A stretch of 64,000 bases of DNA from a virus: positions 46,257 through 110,256 of IMG/VR virus record IMGVR_UViG_3300043788_000060, one strand, 5' to 3'. Shown in pieces: positions 16,801 through 27,187 of the stretch. A program made the position numbers and the translations under genes. Under the pieces are notes generated by a model. The model did no database searches. It was not told the origin of the DNA and saw nothing but the letters and a program-made list of their open reading frames with translations. Each line of letters opens with the position of its first letter. The stretch's first letter is position 1.

Positions 16801-19800
16801 GCCCAGATTATCGATTCAGGAACCCCATCCAGCACAGCCCCGCTATGTCCAAACGGTCCTAACGGTCAATTCACTACTTCTGGTTGCGTAGCTGGTGCGG
16901 TAACCTCCGTCTCCAACTCCGATGGAACTTTAACTATCTTCCCAACAACGAGTGCGGTAGTAGCCTCTCTAAACACAAGCCACGCGAATTCATGGACCGG
17001 GTTACAGACGTTTGGAACAGATATCTCTATAGGCGGTGTAACAGCTACAGGGGCCACAGGAACTGGTAACGTCGTATTCTCGGCTGCTCCGACCTTTACC
17101 GGAACAATCACGGGGGTAAATCTTACGTTGACCGGTATTGAGTCGGGCAGCGGAAGTTCTTGCTTGCAGATCAGCACTGCCGGAGTCATCAGCAATACAG
17201 GAGCCCCCTGCGGATCGGGAAGCGGCGCGGTTAATTCTATCACCGGAGACGGCGGTATAATCACCAACAGCCTATCTACCGGTGCCGTTACTCTGACTTT
17301 AGGAGCTACAGAAGCAGGCCAGTTTATAGTGGCTTCTGGGTCGGGAACCGCCGTATGGGGAAAGCAAGTCACGCTTGGTCACCAAAATGATAGCGGCGCT
17401 TTAGCTAACGGCTCTCTTACGATTGCCGGTAGCACAACTGCGTCTGGAAATTTAACTCTTAACGGAACAGGGTCTTCTCCCGGACAGATGTCGTTATTCC
17501 TTAATTCTGCCGGAACTATTATGGATTTGGGAAGCACCAACGCCACGGTATCGGCAGCCGGGGCCTATGTTGGAACGAATGTAACTGATTCAGCACTAAA
17601 CGTGGCTGGATTGGTAACTAACTCGTCTGCTGGACTTCTAGGAACAGAAGCTAATTGTACTATCGCACAAGGATGTACGAACGCAACTAGTGCGACGGCG
17701 GGTACAGTTCCTAACGCTACTAGCGGGACTGCGTCTAGCTGGACCCCAACTCCTGCGTTGGGAACAGACAACAGTGTGTCCGGAACTCTACAACTTTCGA
17801 ATAACACCGCAAACGCCCACTCAATTCTCGGAAGCGCGGCTACGACAAGCAACACGGTCAAGTTATTTGCTACCACTCCTACAAATCTGGATTTGATCTA
17901 TTGTGCCAGTTCTGGAGGAGTATGCACGCTAACCGACGCCGGTTATGCCTACAACTCAATTCCATTAGCTGATATTGCTTCACAATCAGCCAATATCATA
18001 GTTGGAACCACAACCAGCGGTAGTCCCGTAGCTCTGTCCGCTCCTTCTTGTTCAGGGGCAACTAACGCTCTAATTTGGACAACTGGAACGGGTTTTGGTT
18101 GCAACACAATCACCACAAGCAGTGTTGCTTTCTCTGGGCTCACCTCCTCGACCAATACCACAGCAGCTATGGTCGTTGGAACCGGAGCAAGTCTGTCTAC
18201 CTCCGGATCGGGAACTATCGTAGCCACAAGCAGTCCATTTTCCGGACTAACTACCTCTACAAATACTACGGCTACCATGACTGTCGGAACTGGGGCAACT
18301 ATTACCTATTCCGGGTCGGCGGTGATAAACTCCACCGCAGTAGAATCGGCTGGAGCTATTACAACTAACGCAACTTATTATTTCCCGATTATATCTTCAA
18401 GTTCGTCCGGAAACTACGAGTTGAATGCTGTAGCTGGTCTAACAATTAACCCGTCAACCGGGTCTATGGATGTTCCTTCGGGCATCGCAACTGGCGGACT
18501 ATCCAACACAATCTCCGGGGGAACAGCAGGATTCTATGGTCCAATAGAAGGAACCGCTCCCACTGCTATAACGGGCTCTGGCAATTTTGATATCATCTAT
18601 GCGGATTCGACTCTGCACGCCGACATGGAGTGCCCGGAGTCTAATTCAACCGCCGTGACTACATGCCTGCCCGTTGCCTTGATGCCAGCTACGAGCACGG
18701 CTGGGGATGTGGTGTATAGCACTAACTCAAACGGGTATAACCTATCGGATGCTGGATACCCATACAACGCAATCCCCAACGCCGATCTTGCTCATTCTGC
18801 AATAACCATCGCAGGCACCTCAGTATCTTTGGGTGGATCAACTACTTCGCTCCCGAGTCCCGGCGTAATCGGCGGAACAACCCCGGCGGCGGCTACCTTC
18901 ACGGCTCTGACCGCCAACACGAGTCTCGTAATCAACGGCGGAACGGCTCAAACTGGAACACAAGGCACTGATACAAAGCTACTGACAGCCGGAACTATAA
19001 GCGGTACCAGTATACTTCTTTGCACGGATGCAAACGGCGGAGCAACCACCACAAGCTGCCCGAGCGGTGGTTCTGGGGTTGTGTCAGCCGCTGCACAATA
19101 CGATATCGCATACTACACTCAGTCGGGGACTACAGCACAAGTCGGCGGAGCGGCAATTAGTGGTTTCCAATTCGATTCAACTTCCGGAGCACCAGCCGCG
19201 GCTACCGCAGCGCAACTTGGAACTCTGGCTGCTATTGCAACTGGAGATTTGGTCTACAGCGGAGGAACGTCATCGGCGCTCCAAGGAAGCGCAGACTTCA
19301 CGATTTCATCGCATACTCTGACTGGAGGATCAAACGCTATCTTCGATATGAGTGCTGGCGTGAACGTGAAACTGCCGGTCACCGCTTCTTACACTAGCGC
19401 AGCCAATGGCGAACAGGGTTACGACTCAACAAATAAGAATTGGCATATATGGGGAAACGCTGTTGATAATTTCAATGTGATCGTACCGGTATCAACATCG
19501 ATCACGAACGGCCACTGTTCTCAATGGTCTCTATCAGGCGGTGTGCTGACGCTCATCGATGCTGGTTCAACGTGTGGCTCGGACTCCGGTGGAGGAATAT
19601 CGGGGTGGTCTGGAACACCGTTAACCTTTATTTCAAGCACTACACAATATGCTCCCCCAGTGGGCGGAGGCTTGACCGCCACTTCCGAATCGACGGCAGA
19701 CGTAGCTGCGCCTGCTGCCGAAACTATCTCCAGCCTTGCTGTAAGTCTTAGTGCGGCCTTGGGCGCTGGTGCAACACTCCAAGTCACCTTCCGAGATAAC

Positions 19801-20775
19801 GGCGCGTCAACGGCGCTTACTTGCACTACAGCATCGGGTGGAACGTCCTGTACCGACACGACGCACAGCGTGAACATCGCTAAGGGCGATTTGATCGATC
19901 TATTGTTGGTCTCTTCCGGCACGGTAACCGCTGGTGTTCCTCAAATTATCGCAAACTATGCAGTCGGCACGAGTGGTGTCGGTGTGACTAGTATTGCCAC
20001 TACAGGCCCCATCACTGGCGGGACAATCACTTCGACGGGTACCATCGCCTGCGCGACGTGCGTTACCAGCGCCGCGTCACTGACGGCCAACGGCATCGTA
20101 ATTGGCGCAGGGAGTCAAGGGGCACAAACCTTGGCTTTAGTGGCGAACGCGGTCCTCAGCACAAACAGTATCGGCGTGCCATCGGAAAGCACAACGTTGC
20201 CTATCGCGCTGACGATTCCCGACGCTGCATCGATTCAGGCGCAGACGGTTCTTCCGCTCACGCAAGTTGGCATCTACAATACAGCGGCTCTGCCGGTAAC
20301 GACTACCAATCCGGCATTGACTTCTTACACTGTCTCAAAGAATCGTCGCGCCTGCGTGATCGATAACGATACGCAGTCAGCGACCGCACTGACAGCGGCG
20401 CAGTTCTCAGGGAAATGCGTCATTCCGTTTGCGGCGACCATCGTCGAAGTAGACGTTTCGGGCGGAACGCAGACCTTGAACGGAACCGCGACGGCTCCGA
20501 CTTACACAGGTACAAGTTCGATCCAGATCGGCAAATCTGGAGCGCAAAACGTAACCGGAATTCTTTCGGGAGTTCTTGCTACGGCTTCGGGCAGGGCCTG
20601 TGCGGTTGCGGGAACTTCGGGAACCTGCATTTTCGATAACGGTATGACCAGCAGCACGACAGTACAACTGTCTGATACCTCGGTCGCAGCCGGAGATCAA
20701 CTTTACATTTCTGCCGCAACGGCGGACGCAACACAGACGTGGTACGACGTAACCATTGTCTACACGGTAAATTAA
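13888..20775 (+). CDS. Giant (2295 aa) tail fibre/spike-like protein with an N-terminal signal peptide
   Basis: MKKFLLIVALFLAICPLSGLNA-Q; fibre-type repeats (AVTSVSNSDGTLTI, GAVNSITG, GVTSIATTGPITGGTITSTGTI); probable beta-helix region; many Cys pairs. Confidence 0.75.
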   Translation: MKKFLLIVALFLAICPLSGLNAQATTGYHRVNQVLSRASTGINAQVVPNARITVTQTATGTAATIYSDPLLSNLITPSVVTADNAGNYSYYVPLNYCVTETITAPGQGTQIIPNICSNSASSSTFPSPPSFSVQFANSGSSAFDSDSTINVTPSTHTLTSPTVQPGQDVTQSSPVIDIRNTAFAGGAVIDGHTDISPAVCAARESWSASHPGQSQTILLACGGGGSSASCWWANPLASCSGSIGSDFKYVLQGTLNVGTTLSVGAGGASIGASEFDGESGEFGTQFQGTLATAVVNGPLCFGTLGTAITTINTPVTVTPTFSGTTIGGACSIANLPVNSALTMRGMETSAATGTRSSTSLSGSGGYAVLTLSSAVRISAGSNIQVTGCSDTAFNTGTLGTLSQSVVATPDYPNQQLGYYISTSGTGSSTGCTVKGASDDRFETELVQCSNGTANPGYSCGAGQITFVNAHTYASTDQWGEVAMESPFNDGAGGTGLVMKRILVQGSAGAEFFSDESIHETFEDDGFIAFGTPTSIPFEADYPQNLTVHSSAFNSVNNGYSTCQSGNCGNVSYPFGFRCTMIPPSISSYQAGTCNNSKIDTYSQVRGGIKVDTNGFSLNFGIEAAAPELDRVLIEEPVWGGITFDTRDGVTGPVYIKDSYLQDFVSGSTDQAFIAAENPGGTGYIFENNTYSENPFLVNKYWYSPAISVRGNISDQLYTPWPYQGIGAVGLFEDNGFLKGEVEAPAFTGFESLPFGSLAVNQSPASWTSACSTNCTVTTVQDPTGGQNGANIASNSTTHQTILISIQSVSTYPGDQFIFMDWLRPGTGQLIPNDWRGNYPFQLQTLGTDTFQNNGCESGIGSNTACATNYGLPMLNDDWAPYVATATIGTGESAAHFMEFNLESGQCTNGSILNCGTQHFCPQWAFVPGPNNPSYTGVSTFDVQIARMYNYHGCAPGGLLAGQVATNQTVVAAQIIDSGTPSSTAPLCPNGPNGQFTTSGCVAGAVTSVSNSDGTLTIFPTTSAVVASLNTSHANSWTGLQTFGTDISIGGVTATGATGTGNVVFSAAPTFTGTITGVNLTLTGIESGSGSSCLQISTAGVISNTGAPCGSGSGAVNSITGDGGIITNSLSTGAVTLTLGATEAGQFIVASGSGTAVWGKQVTLGHQNDSGALANGSLTIAGSTTASGNLTLNGTGSSPGQMSLFLNSAGTIMDLGSTNATVSAAGAYVGTNVTDSALNVAGLVTNSSAGLLGTEANCTIAQGCTNATSATAGTVPNATSGTASSWTPTPALGTDNSVSGTLQLSNNTANAHSILGSAATTSNTVKLFATTPTNLDLIYCASSGGVCTLTDAGYAYNSIPLADIASQSANIIVGTTTSGSPVALSAPSCSGATNALIWTTGTGFGCNTITTSSVAFSGLTSSTNTTAAMVVGTGASLSTSGSGTIVATSSPFSGLTTSTNTTATMTVGTGATITYSGSAVINSTAVESAGAITTNATYYFPIISSSSSGNYELNAVAGLTINPSTGSMDVPSGIATGGLSNTISGGTAGFYGPIEGTAPTAITGSGNFDIIYADSTLHADMECPESNSTAVTTCLPVALMPATSTAGDVVYSTNSNGYNLSDAGYPYNAIPNADLAHSAITIAGTSVSLGGSTTSLPSPGVIGGTTPAAATFTALTANTSLVINGGTAQTGTQGTDTKLLTAGTISGTSILLCTDANGGATTTSCPSGGSGVVSAAAQYDIAYYTQSGTTAQVGGAAISGFQFDSTSGAPAAATAAQLGTLAAIATGDLVYSGGTSSALQGSADFTISSHTLTGGSNAIFDMSAGVNVKLPVTASYTSAANGEQGYDSTNKNWHIWGNAVDNFNVIVPVSTSITNGHCSQWSLSGGVLTLIDAGSTCGSDSGGGISGWSGTPLTFISSTTQYAPPVGGGLTATSESTADVAAPAAETISSLAVSLSAALGAGATLQVTFRDNGASTALTCTTASGGTSCTDTTHSVNIAKGDLIDLLLVSSGTVTAGVPQIIANYAVGTSGVGVTSIATTGPITGGTITSTGTIACATCVTSAASLTANGIVIGAGSQGAQTLALVANAVLSTNSIGVPSESTTLPIALTIPDAASIQAQTVLPLTQVGIYNTAALPVTTTNPALTSYTVSKNRRACVIDNDTQSATALTAAQFSGKCVIPFAATIVEVDVSGGTQTLNGTATAPTYTGTSSIQIGKSGAQNVTGILSGVLATASGRACAVAGTSGTCIFDNGMTSSTTVQLSDTSVAAGDQLYISAATADATQTWYDVTIVYTVN

Positions 20776-20788
20776 CCAAGGAGAATCT

Positions 20789-21580
20789 ATGAAGAAGTTT
20801 ATTTTTGTGATCGCGATGCTGGTAATTGCCGCCGTGATTGGGGGTGCCCAGAACCAAGCTCCTGTTACAGGTCCAATTGCTCCTAACGGGTTTGCCATAC
20901 CAAACGTCAATTTGATAGACGATTTTCTCGGCAATACTCCAGCGACTTCGACGACAATCGGGCAATTGGGGTGGGATTCTACCGTTGTTTCTGGTGGAAC
21001 CAACCCAGTTGCTGCTACGGCTTCTGTAGCCAATCATCCGGGGCTGATTACCCTCACTACTGCTGCAACAACTGGTGACGGTGTATATGTGTCGTTGGGT
21101 CACGCGGTGGGAGTTCTATTTCCCGGTAACACAACCAACTGGCAAGCGGAATGGATTCAGGAGTACAACCAGATATCCACAGGTTCAACTAGAATCGGTT
21201 TTGGTACTGTCGATTCGTCTTCTGCTATTCCGACAAACGGCATCTATATCCGATATCTTCAAGGCACGGACTCTTTCTTGAATGTCTGCTCGGATACTTC
21301 TTCAACAGAGACCTGCGGGGCGACGACCATTCTTCCAACCGCAGCGGACTACGTTGACATCATTATGAGTTCGTCTGCTACCGGGACGATCAGCGTCACG
21401 GTAAACGACATCACGACTCCGGCGACTTCTACGATAAGGGTATGCTCAAGCGGCTGCAACGTTACAGCGACTCCTCCAACAGGAGTCCTATCACCTATGT
21501 TCTCAATCGTTTCAACCAGCAACACGGCGGATGTCCTGACTGTGGATTATTGGAACTATCAACAAATCGCCGCCAGATAA
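20789..21580 (+). CDS. Exported beta-sandwich/lectin-like protein
   Basis: SD AAGGAG; MKKFIFVIAMLVIAAVIGGA-Q; two Cys pairs. Confidence 0.7.
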   Translation: MKKFIFVIAMLVIAAVIGGAQNQAPVTGPIAPNGFAIPNVNLIDDFLGNTPATSTTIGQLGWDSTVVSGGTNPVAATASVANHPGLITLTTAATTGDGVYVSLGHAVGVLFPGNTTNWQAEWIQEYNQISTGSTRIGFGTVDSSSAIPTNGIYIRYLQGTDSFLNVCSDTSSTETCGATTILPTAADYVDIIMSSSATGTISVTVNDITTPATSTIRVCSSGCNVTATPPTGVLSPMFSIVSTSNTADVLTVDYWNYQQIAAR

Positions 21581-21584
21581 TATA

Positions 21585-23117
21585 ATGAAACGACTTATCC
21601 TATTTTTGTTCTTTCTGTTCTCGGTACCTACGTGGGCGGTTACCCCAGTTGTTCTTCAGTATTTCGGCGGTCCGAATGAGTCAAACGAGTTTGCGCTTAC
21701 GACCAGTTTGACAAAGAATGTTCCGTTGGCTAGAGCCGCGACTGCTGGGGATACGCTCGTCTGGTGCATGTACTACAACACCGGAAGCGGCTGGGCTGTC
21801 AAGACAGATGCAGGCGCTGAGACTTTTACCGAAGGCGTTCATGGAACCGATTCGGGTGTCGGAACATTGGACTGCTACTACTTCATCAACTTGGCAGGCG
21901 GTGAAACTAGTATCCAGATCACGCACACGTCAGGGAGTCCTACCTATGTGGGCGGAGTGGGATACGAAGTGAACAACATCACCGCTCATCACGTCGCCGG
22001 AACCTGTACGTCGGGGTCAGGGGCACTAGGACAGGCAGCTTCTACGACAGTTACTTCCGGCACTACAGGGACAGTCGCATCGGGAGATTGGCTTTCTGTC
22101 TACACCTTTCAATTCTCGACGCCGCAATTGACGGTTGCCTACGCTCCTGTGACCCACGCGAACATCACTTGGCAGATGATTCATTCGGAACTGATGGTCG
22201 CGCAAGCCATGATGGTAGGTCAATATAGCACTACCACAGCCTTCCAGCCTTCAATGACTCAAGCCAACGTGCAGACCTCGAATATGTGTACGGATGCTTT
22301 CACGACGGGCACCAGTGGAGCGGCGGGATTCCCGACAGGCGAAGTTGTGGCTGGAGTGCAGGCCGAGACGTTCTTGAACGGTGGCACGAATCCGATGGAT
22401 ATAGAAATAACGCCTATCGGAAACACGCTCGTGGTAATGGGACCAACGGGGTTTGGTGGATATTTCACGTCGGTCACGAGCAGTCCAAGTGCAACGTGGA
22501 AGTGGAATGACGGGTCGGGCAGCGACCCGGCTAGGTGTTTCGATTCAGGCGATGTTACCGAGACGCCTTACTTCTACGCTACGGGTCTGACTCCGGGCAC
22601 GACCTACACCATCACGGTAACTTCTAATACGGCGGCAGTCGATACAGCCTTCGCTGAGTTCGATATTGCTAAAGGGTCAACCCCGAACATCGGTAGCGCC
22701 GGTTCATGTAATACCGGTGTTTTTTCTGCGACCAGTGGAAATCTGAATATCAGCCTTACCACAGGAGGCGGTGCGGCGACCAATGCGGCCTTTGTACCAA
22801 CGAGCGCCAATGGGATCGTTATTTCCAGCGACAGCGTATCGTTCGATACAAACTCTGGCACTACAACCTCCGGCGCATTTGTCAATATGGGCTACAACAG
22901 CGGAGCGACCCAGATTGGAAACAGCCCGTGGTACGAGAATGACGGAGATTTAAGCTATCCGCATAGTTCAACGTCGAGTGTGGCCTTCATCTACACAATC
23001 ACCAGTTCTCCCCCCAACACATCAAGTGATGTAAGTGATTGGTCCGCTTCTACCATCGATGTTCCCGCAGCGTCATCACCGAGCACTTCCATACACCATA
23101 AGGTTACATCGGAATGA
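21585..23117 (+). CDS. Exported Thr/Ser/Gly-rich protein, probably two beta domains
   Basis: MKRLILFLFFLFSVPTWA-V. Confidence 0.7.
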   Translation: MKRLILFLFFLFSVPTWAVTPVVLQYFGGPNESNEFALTTSLTKNVPLARAATAGDTLVWCMYYNTGSGWAVKTDAGAETFTEGVHGTDSGVGTLDCYYFINLAGGETSIQITHTSGSPTYVGGVGYEVNNITAHHVAGTCTSGSGALGQAASTTVTSGTTGTVASGDWLSVYTFQFSTPQLTVAYAPVTHANITWQMIHSELMVAQAMMVGQYSTTTAFQPSMTQANVQTSNMCTDAFTTGTSGAAGFPTGEVVAGVQAETFLNGGTNPMDIEITPIGNTLVVMGPTGFGGYFTSVTSSPSATWKWNDGSGSDPARCFDSGDVTETPYFYATGLTPGTTYTITVTSNTAAVDTAFAEFDIAKGSTPNIGSAGSCNTGVFSATSGNLNISLTTGGGAATNAAFVPTSANGIVISSDSVSFDTNSGTTTSGAFVNMGYNSGATQIGNSPWYENDGDLSYPHSSTSSVAFIYTITSSPPNTSSDVSDWSASTIDVPAASSPSTSIHHKVTSE

Positions 23118-25537
23118 AGAAACTCTTTCTTCTTGCATTTGCTATCGTGCTGACGGCACCGTTATGCGCCCAATCGTGGTCGAACGTACTATCTTCTTCG
23201 CGGGCCATAAACTGGACCAACGCCGGATTACCTGCCACGTTGCCTGATGGGGAAACGACTCCCAATCCGTGGACCCCTCCGACTCGTCCCGCATGTACCA
23301 CGGGGCAGGCCGGAACAACCGTTCCCATTCCCTCGGGTGCTTCGGTTACGACGATCAACTCGGCCATTGCTTCCTGTGCAGCAGCCAACCCAAACGGATC
23401 ATACCTGCTGCTTGGTGGGTCTACAGCCAGTCCTGCGACGTTCACTGTCGCGTCCACGCAGTTAAGACTCGTTGATACCTCGGGCGGCATTTCGCACAAC
23501 GCTGTCACCCTGCGAGGTGGCGGAGCAATGGCAACGAAGATTGTAGTGACAGGTACAGGTGTAGTTGTCTTTGGAAATGCTTGGAGTTCTGGATCGGCTC
23601 CGTGGACCGCCGGGTTTAGTCAAGGCACAACATCAATCACCGTTGGAACTCCTACATCAGGAACTATTCCTGTGGCAGGCAATTTGGTTCTATTACAGAT
23701 GTGCAACACCGGGTTTTCTGGAGCGGGCTGCTCTACCGGATCAGTTGCAGATAACGGCAATGTGTTTCTGTGTGGTGGATCAACTTTCTGCGCAAATCAG
23801 GCAGGCAACGATACTCTTCAGGGTCAGATGGTAAGAGTCACCAGCGTAACCGGCTCAGGCCCATACACAGTTAATTTCACACCCGGTCTTTACATGCAAA
23901 ATTGGACTTCTACCGGAGGGGGTTCGACGATGAGTTGGACCGGGGCTGGGTCGATTAACTCTCCTTATGGTATAGGTCTGGAAGATTTGACGGTTGATGA
24001 GACGGGAATATGGAACACAGAAAACTTTGGCATTCAATTTGATTATGTCTACGCATCGTGGATGAAAGGCGTCCGCGTAGTGGGGTCAGGAGAAGCGGAT
24101 TCGGTCGAGTTCGAGGATTGCAAAAATAGTCTGATATTCAACTCTATGTTTGATGACTATTCCTACAATCGTGGAGATTTATCTCTTTCTATTCAGGAAA
24201 CCAACGATTCCGATAATCTAATCCTAAATACTCAGATGCTCCACGGACTGTCTTGGGAAGGTCATGGACCCAACGAGGGGGATATTCTGGCGTACAACTT
24301 CATTGGCCAGACTCATACCCTTTATTATGAAGCAAATCCGTTTCAGCACACCCCGGGCACGGCGTTTACTCTTTATGAAGGAAATGAAACCGGCCATATC
24401 ACAGACGATGACACTTGGGGAACCGCAAACCTGAATACGTTTTTCCGGAACTATATGTCGGGATGGGACCCGCCGTATCTTCTCTCAAGCCAGTGCGCTT
24501 CTTTATCATGTGTGGCAATGAAAGTGGATGGGGGGCACCGATTCGCTAATGTCATTGGTAATGCTATTGGAAGCCCGTTCCTGACGAACTATCAGGCTAC
24601 ATTGTCAACCCCAACTAACGGGATCACCAATAACGCTGTCTATCGATGGTCAGCAGACATGAACGACCCCCTCGTTTTGCTCACAGTCATGAGATGGGGA
24701 AATGTTTCTTCAGTAACGCAATCGTCAGACACTCCTGCTAATTCAGGTATCCGGTTTGTATCGTCAGAAGTTCCCTCTTCGATCAACGTCAATGGGCAGT
24801 GTTCTGCTAGCGCCAGTCCATATTCCTGTTGCACAGGATCGGGAACAGGAACATGCTCTGCTTCGACGTGGGCGAATTCAGTACCTTCCAATGACAATCT
24901 GCCGTGTTCGTTTTTCCTTGCCGGATATACTGGAACCAGTTGTACTCCTACCCACACAGGTGGTACTGGGCTAAGCTGGTGGAAAGTATGCAAAACATGG
25001 GCGACTTTTCCCACTTCCTGCTCCGCCACCCAAACCCAAGCCTTTCCGATTGCCGGTCCAGACATCACGAGCGGTCCATACGTTGGGGGAACGGCTTATG
25101 ATGTTCCGGCCTACGTTGCGTTTACCACTCTGCCGGTTGATACGACCTACGAGAATTCCTACTCGATCACCGGCTCCAGCTGGTCGGGGACTTGCGCAAA
25201 CCAACCATCGGGAACCTATGCTTGTGAAACCCTGACTGTCACCGGATTACCTTCCGGCAGCGCCCACATTATGGGCGATATCCAGATATCAGGGACTTCC
25301 GGATGCAACACGTCTACGAACGGTGTATTTACCATGACAGCGTCAAGTCTTAGCGGCACTACAGGAACCATAGTGTATCCTTTGGCTTCTAACCCCGGTT
25401 CATGTTCTGGCGGAACCATGCTATTTCCGGTGGTACGTCAGTTCGATGAAGCAGTCTATCAAAACGATCCTGCGGGAAACCCAATCGGATCAGTCCTATC
25501 CCCCTCAAACATATTTGGAAAATCAGTAATTCAATAA
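23114..25537 (+). CDS. Exported pectate-lyase-like beta-helix protein (possible depolymerase/adhesin)
   Basis: MKKLFLLAFAIVLTAPLCA-Q; TINSAIASC..VTLRGGG..T.I; IGLEDLTVD; Asn-ladder repeats; Cys-rich. Confidence 0.7.
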   Translation: MKKLFLLAFAIVLTAPLCAQSWSNVLSSSRAINWTNAGLPATLPDGETTPNPWTPPTRPACTTGQAGTTVPIPSGASVTTINSAIASCAAANPNGSYLLLGGSTASPATFTVASTQLRLVDTSGGISHNAVTLRGGGAMATKIVVTGTGVVVFGNAWSSGSAPWTAGFSQGTTSITVGTPTSGTIPVAGNLVLLQMCNTGFSGAGCSTGSVADNGNVFLCGGSTFCANQAGNDTLQGQMVRVTSVTGSGPYTVNFTPGLYMQNWTSTGGGSTMSWTGAGSINSPYGIGLEDLTVDETGIWNTENFGIQFDYVYASWMKGVRVVGSGEADSVEFEDCKNSLIFNSMFDDYSYNRGDLSLSIQETNDSDNLILNTQMLHGLSWEGHGPNEGDILAYNFIGQTHTLYYEANPFQHTPGTAFTLYEGNETGHITDDDTWGTANLNTFFRNYMSGWDPPYLLSSQCASLSCVAMKVDGGHRFANVIGNAIGSPFLTNYQATLSTPTNGITNNAVYRWSADMNDPLVLLTVMRWGNVSSVTQSSDTPANSGIRFVSSEVPSSINVNGQCSASASPYSCCTGSGTGTCSASTWANSVPSNDNLPCSFFLAGYTGTSCTPTHTGGTGLSWWKVCKTWATFPTSCSATQTQAFPIAGPDITSGPYVGGTAYDVPAYVAFTTLPVDTTYENSYSITGSSWSGTCANQPSGTYACETLTVTGLPSGSAHIMGDIQISGTSGCNTSTNGVFTMTASSLSGTTGTIVYPLASNPGSCSGGTMLFPVVRQFDEAVYQNDPAGNPIGSVLSPSNIFGKSVIQ

Positions 25538-25545
25538 GGAAAACA

Positions 25546-26061
25546 ATGAAAAAGTTTGTTCTTTCGCTTATCTTTTCGGCATCGGCGTTATTAGCTGGAG
25601 TCGGTTGCGCACACGCAGGTCAGCTTCCTCCAACGCCCGGATACAACACCGTGTGGACATGGACGGCCCCTAGCCCGTGTAGCGGGTGTACCTATGTTGT
25701 GTCCACGCTCGTTCTGTCCAGTGGGACGACTTGCCCCGCGTCAACAGGATCGAATTACATCCCTCAACAAACTGTGACCACAGGAGTAACTGGGACGACT
25801 TGGACCCAGACAAACACAACTGGGTTGACGTTGTGTGCTGTTGCCCAGACAATTCAGGGGGGAAATACTTCCACTGCTTCAGCACAAAGCGCAGCGGTAA
25901 TTAACCCGACCCTGCCATCAGCCCCCGGAGTACCAAGCGGAAATTCGGCGGTATCTGCGTTGGCTCCCCCTGTCTCCCCAAACTCCCTGCCAGTGCCTAG
26001 CTCCCAGATGGCAATGAATATTCCTATGCAGATTGTAGGACATTCGGTTCCGAGACAATAA
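25546..26061 (+). CDS. Exported FN3-like small protein (possible lipoprotein)
   Basis: MKKFVLSLIFSASALLAGVGCAHA; WTWTAP..Y.V..C.V....S..S..PSAP. Confidence 0.65.
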   Translation: MKKFVLSLIFSASALLAGVGCAHAGQLPPTPGYNTVWTWTAPSPCSGCTYVVSTLVLSSGTTCPASTGSNYIPQQTVTTGVTGTTWTQTNTTGLTLCAVAQTIQGGNTSTASAQSAAVINPTLPSAPGVPSGNSAVSALAPPVSPNSLPVPSSQMAMNIPMQIVGHSVPRQ

Positions 26062-26095
26062 TTAGCAATTAGTCCATTATTCGGACGGAGAAACG

Positions 26096-27187
26096 ATGCC
26101 TGTATTACCCGGGAACCAAGCTAATTCGCCGACAGTTCAGCAGATAGCTCAACAACTAAAAGCGGACCCCTCTTTCTATAACATATTAGGAGGGGCTGCT
26201 GGTTGGGCTACCGAACCAATCCTGACTATCGCCAACGAAGTTCTGTCGCGAATTCTCGCCGAGAACATGCCTTGGATTTGGAATCGGGCAATCGTTCCTC
26301 CGTTCTTAACTGTCAGCCTTCAGCAGGATTATTGCACTCAGCTTACGGATATTGGGTGGTTGGAAGATGGCTGGCGTATAGACATCAACAACTCGACATC
26401 GAATAACAACGGGGCCCCGAAACCTATCTTTAGCCTCGAAACGGTCAGGTACACCCCGCAGGCGTCCGCCCAATCCGTACCATTCAACATTAGCTTCGTC
26501 CCTAACTCACAGGCGTTTCTAGGATCGTGGCAGGCTAATACTGCTTATGGTTGTGGGTATGGAGTTCCTATGACTCCTCGAACCCCCATCCAGCAGTTCA
26601 TGGATGTAAATGGCAACATCCTATACATCGACTCGACCCAACTAGGATTGACCATTTCTTCTCCGGGGTACACTGGAACTACCATCCTTCCCCCCGGAAC
26701 AGTGTTTCCTTACGGCACATCTGGGGCTACTCAACCCGCCGCTCCTCCTAACGCTACTCCCGGAACTTTAGTTCAGGATGGTTCGGTCATTTGGGCAGTC
26801 GCTGATCCAAATGGTTATGCGATACGGCTATTTCCTCTTCCGGCGTTGAACGGTCTCTGTTGGTGGATCGTAACTCAGTATCAGGTAGCTCCCCCGGTTA
26901 TCGCAAGATTGCAAGATTCGATTGCTCCTATTCCTAACTACATGGCGTACCTCTTCCGTCAAGGGTGCCGGGCGATGCTCTATCAGTTTCAAGGAAACCA
27001 GCAAGGTACTCAAATGTATCAGGAGTGGGAAGAGCAACTTTTTAAGGCTTTGAGAGCGGGGGACCGCCAGCAATCAGACGAGCGTCTATACCCTGATCAT
27101 TCAATTATGGGAAGCTACAACCCGTGGATGGACCCTGCTGGCATTGGCGCAGCTTGGCCTTATGGCCCCGGCCCGTATGCCTATTGA
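26096..27187 (+). CDS. Head-tail adaptor / tail tubular A-like protein, paralog 2, with an inserted Trp-rich module
   Basis: MPWIWNR..QQDY..GWLE..IRLFP.P..PIP; insert WQANTAY..GTSG..QDGSVIW. Confidence 0.55.
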   Translation: MPVLPGNQANSPTVQQIAQQLKADPSFYNILGGAAGWATEPILTIANEVLSRILAENMPWIWNRAIVPPFLTVSLQQDYCTQLTDIGWLEDGWRIDINNSTSNNNGAPKPIFSLETVRYTPQASAQSVPFNISFVPNSQAFLGSWQANTAYGCGYGVPMTPRTPIQQFMDVNGNILYIDSTQLGLTISSPGYTGTTILPPGTVFPYGTSGATQPAAPPNATPGTLVQDGSVIWAVADPNGYAIRLFPLPALNGLCWWIVTQYQVAPPVIARLQDSIAPIPNYMAYLFRQGCRAMLYQFQGNQQGTQMYQEWEEQLFKALRAGDRQQSDERLYPDHSIMGSYNPWMDPAGIGAAWPYGPGPYAY

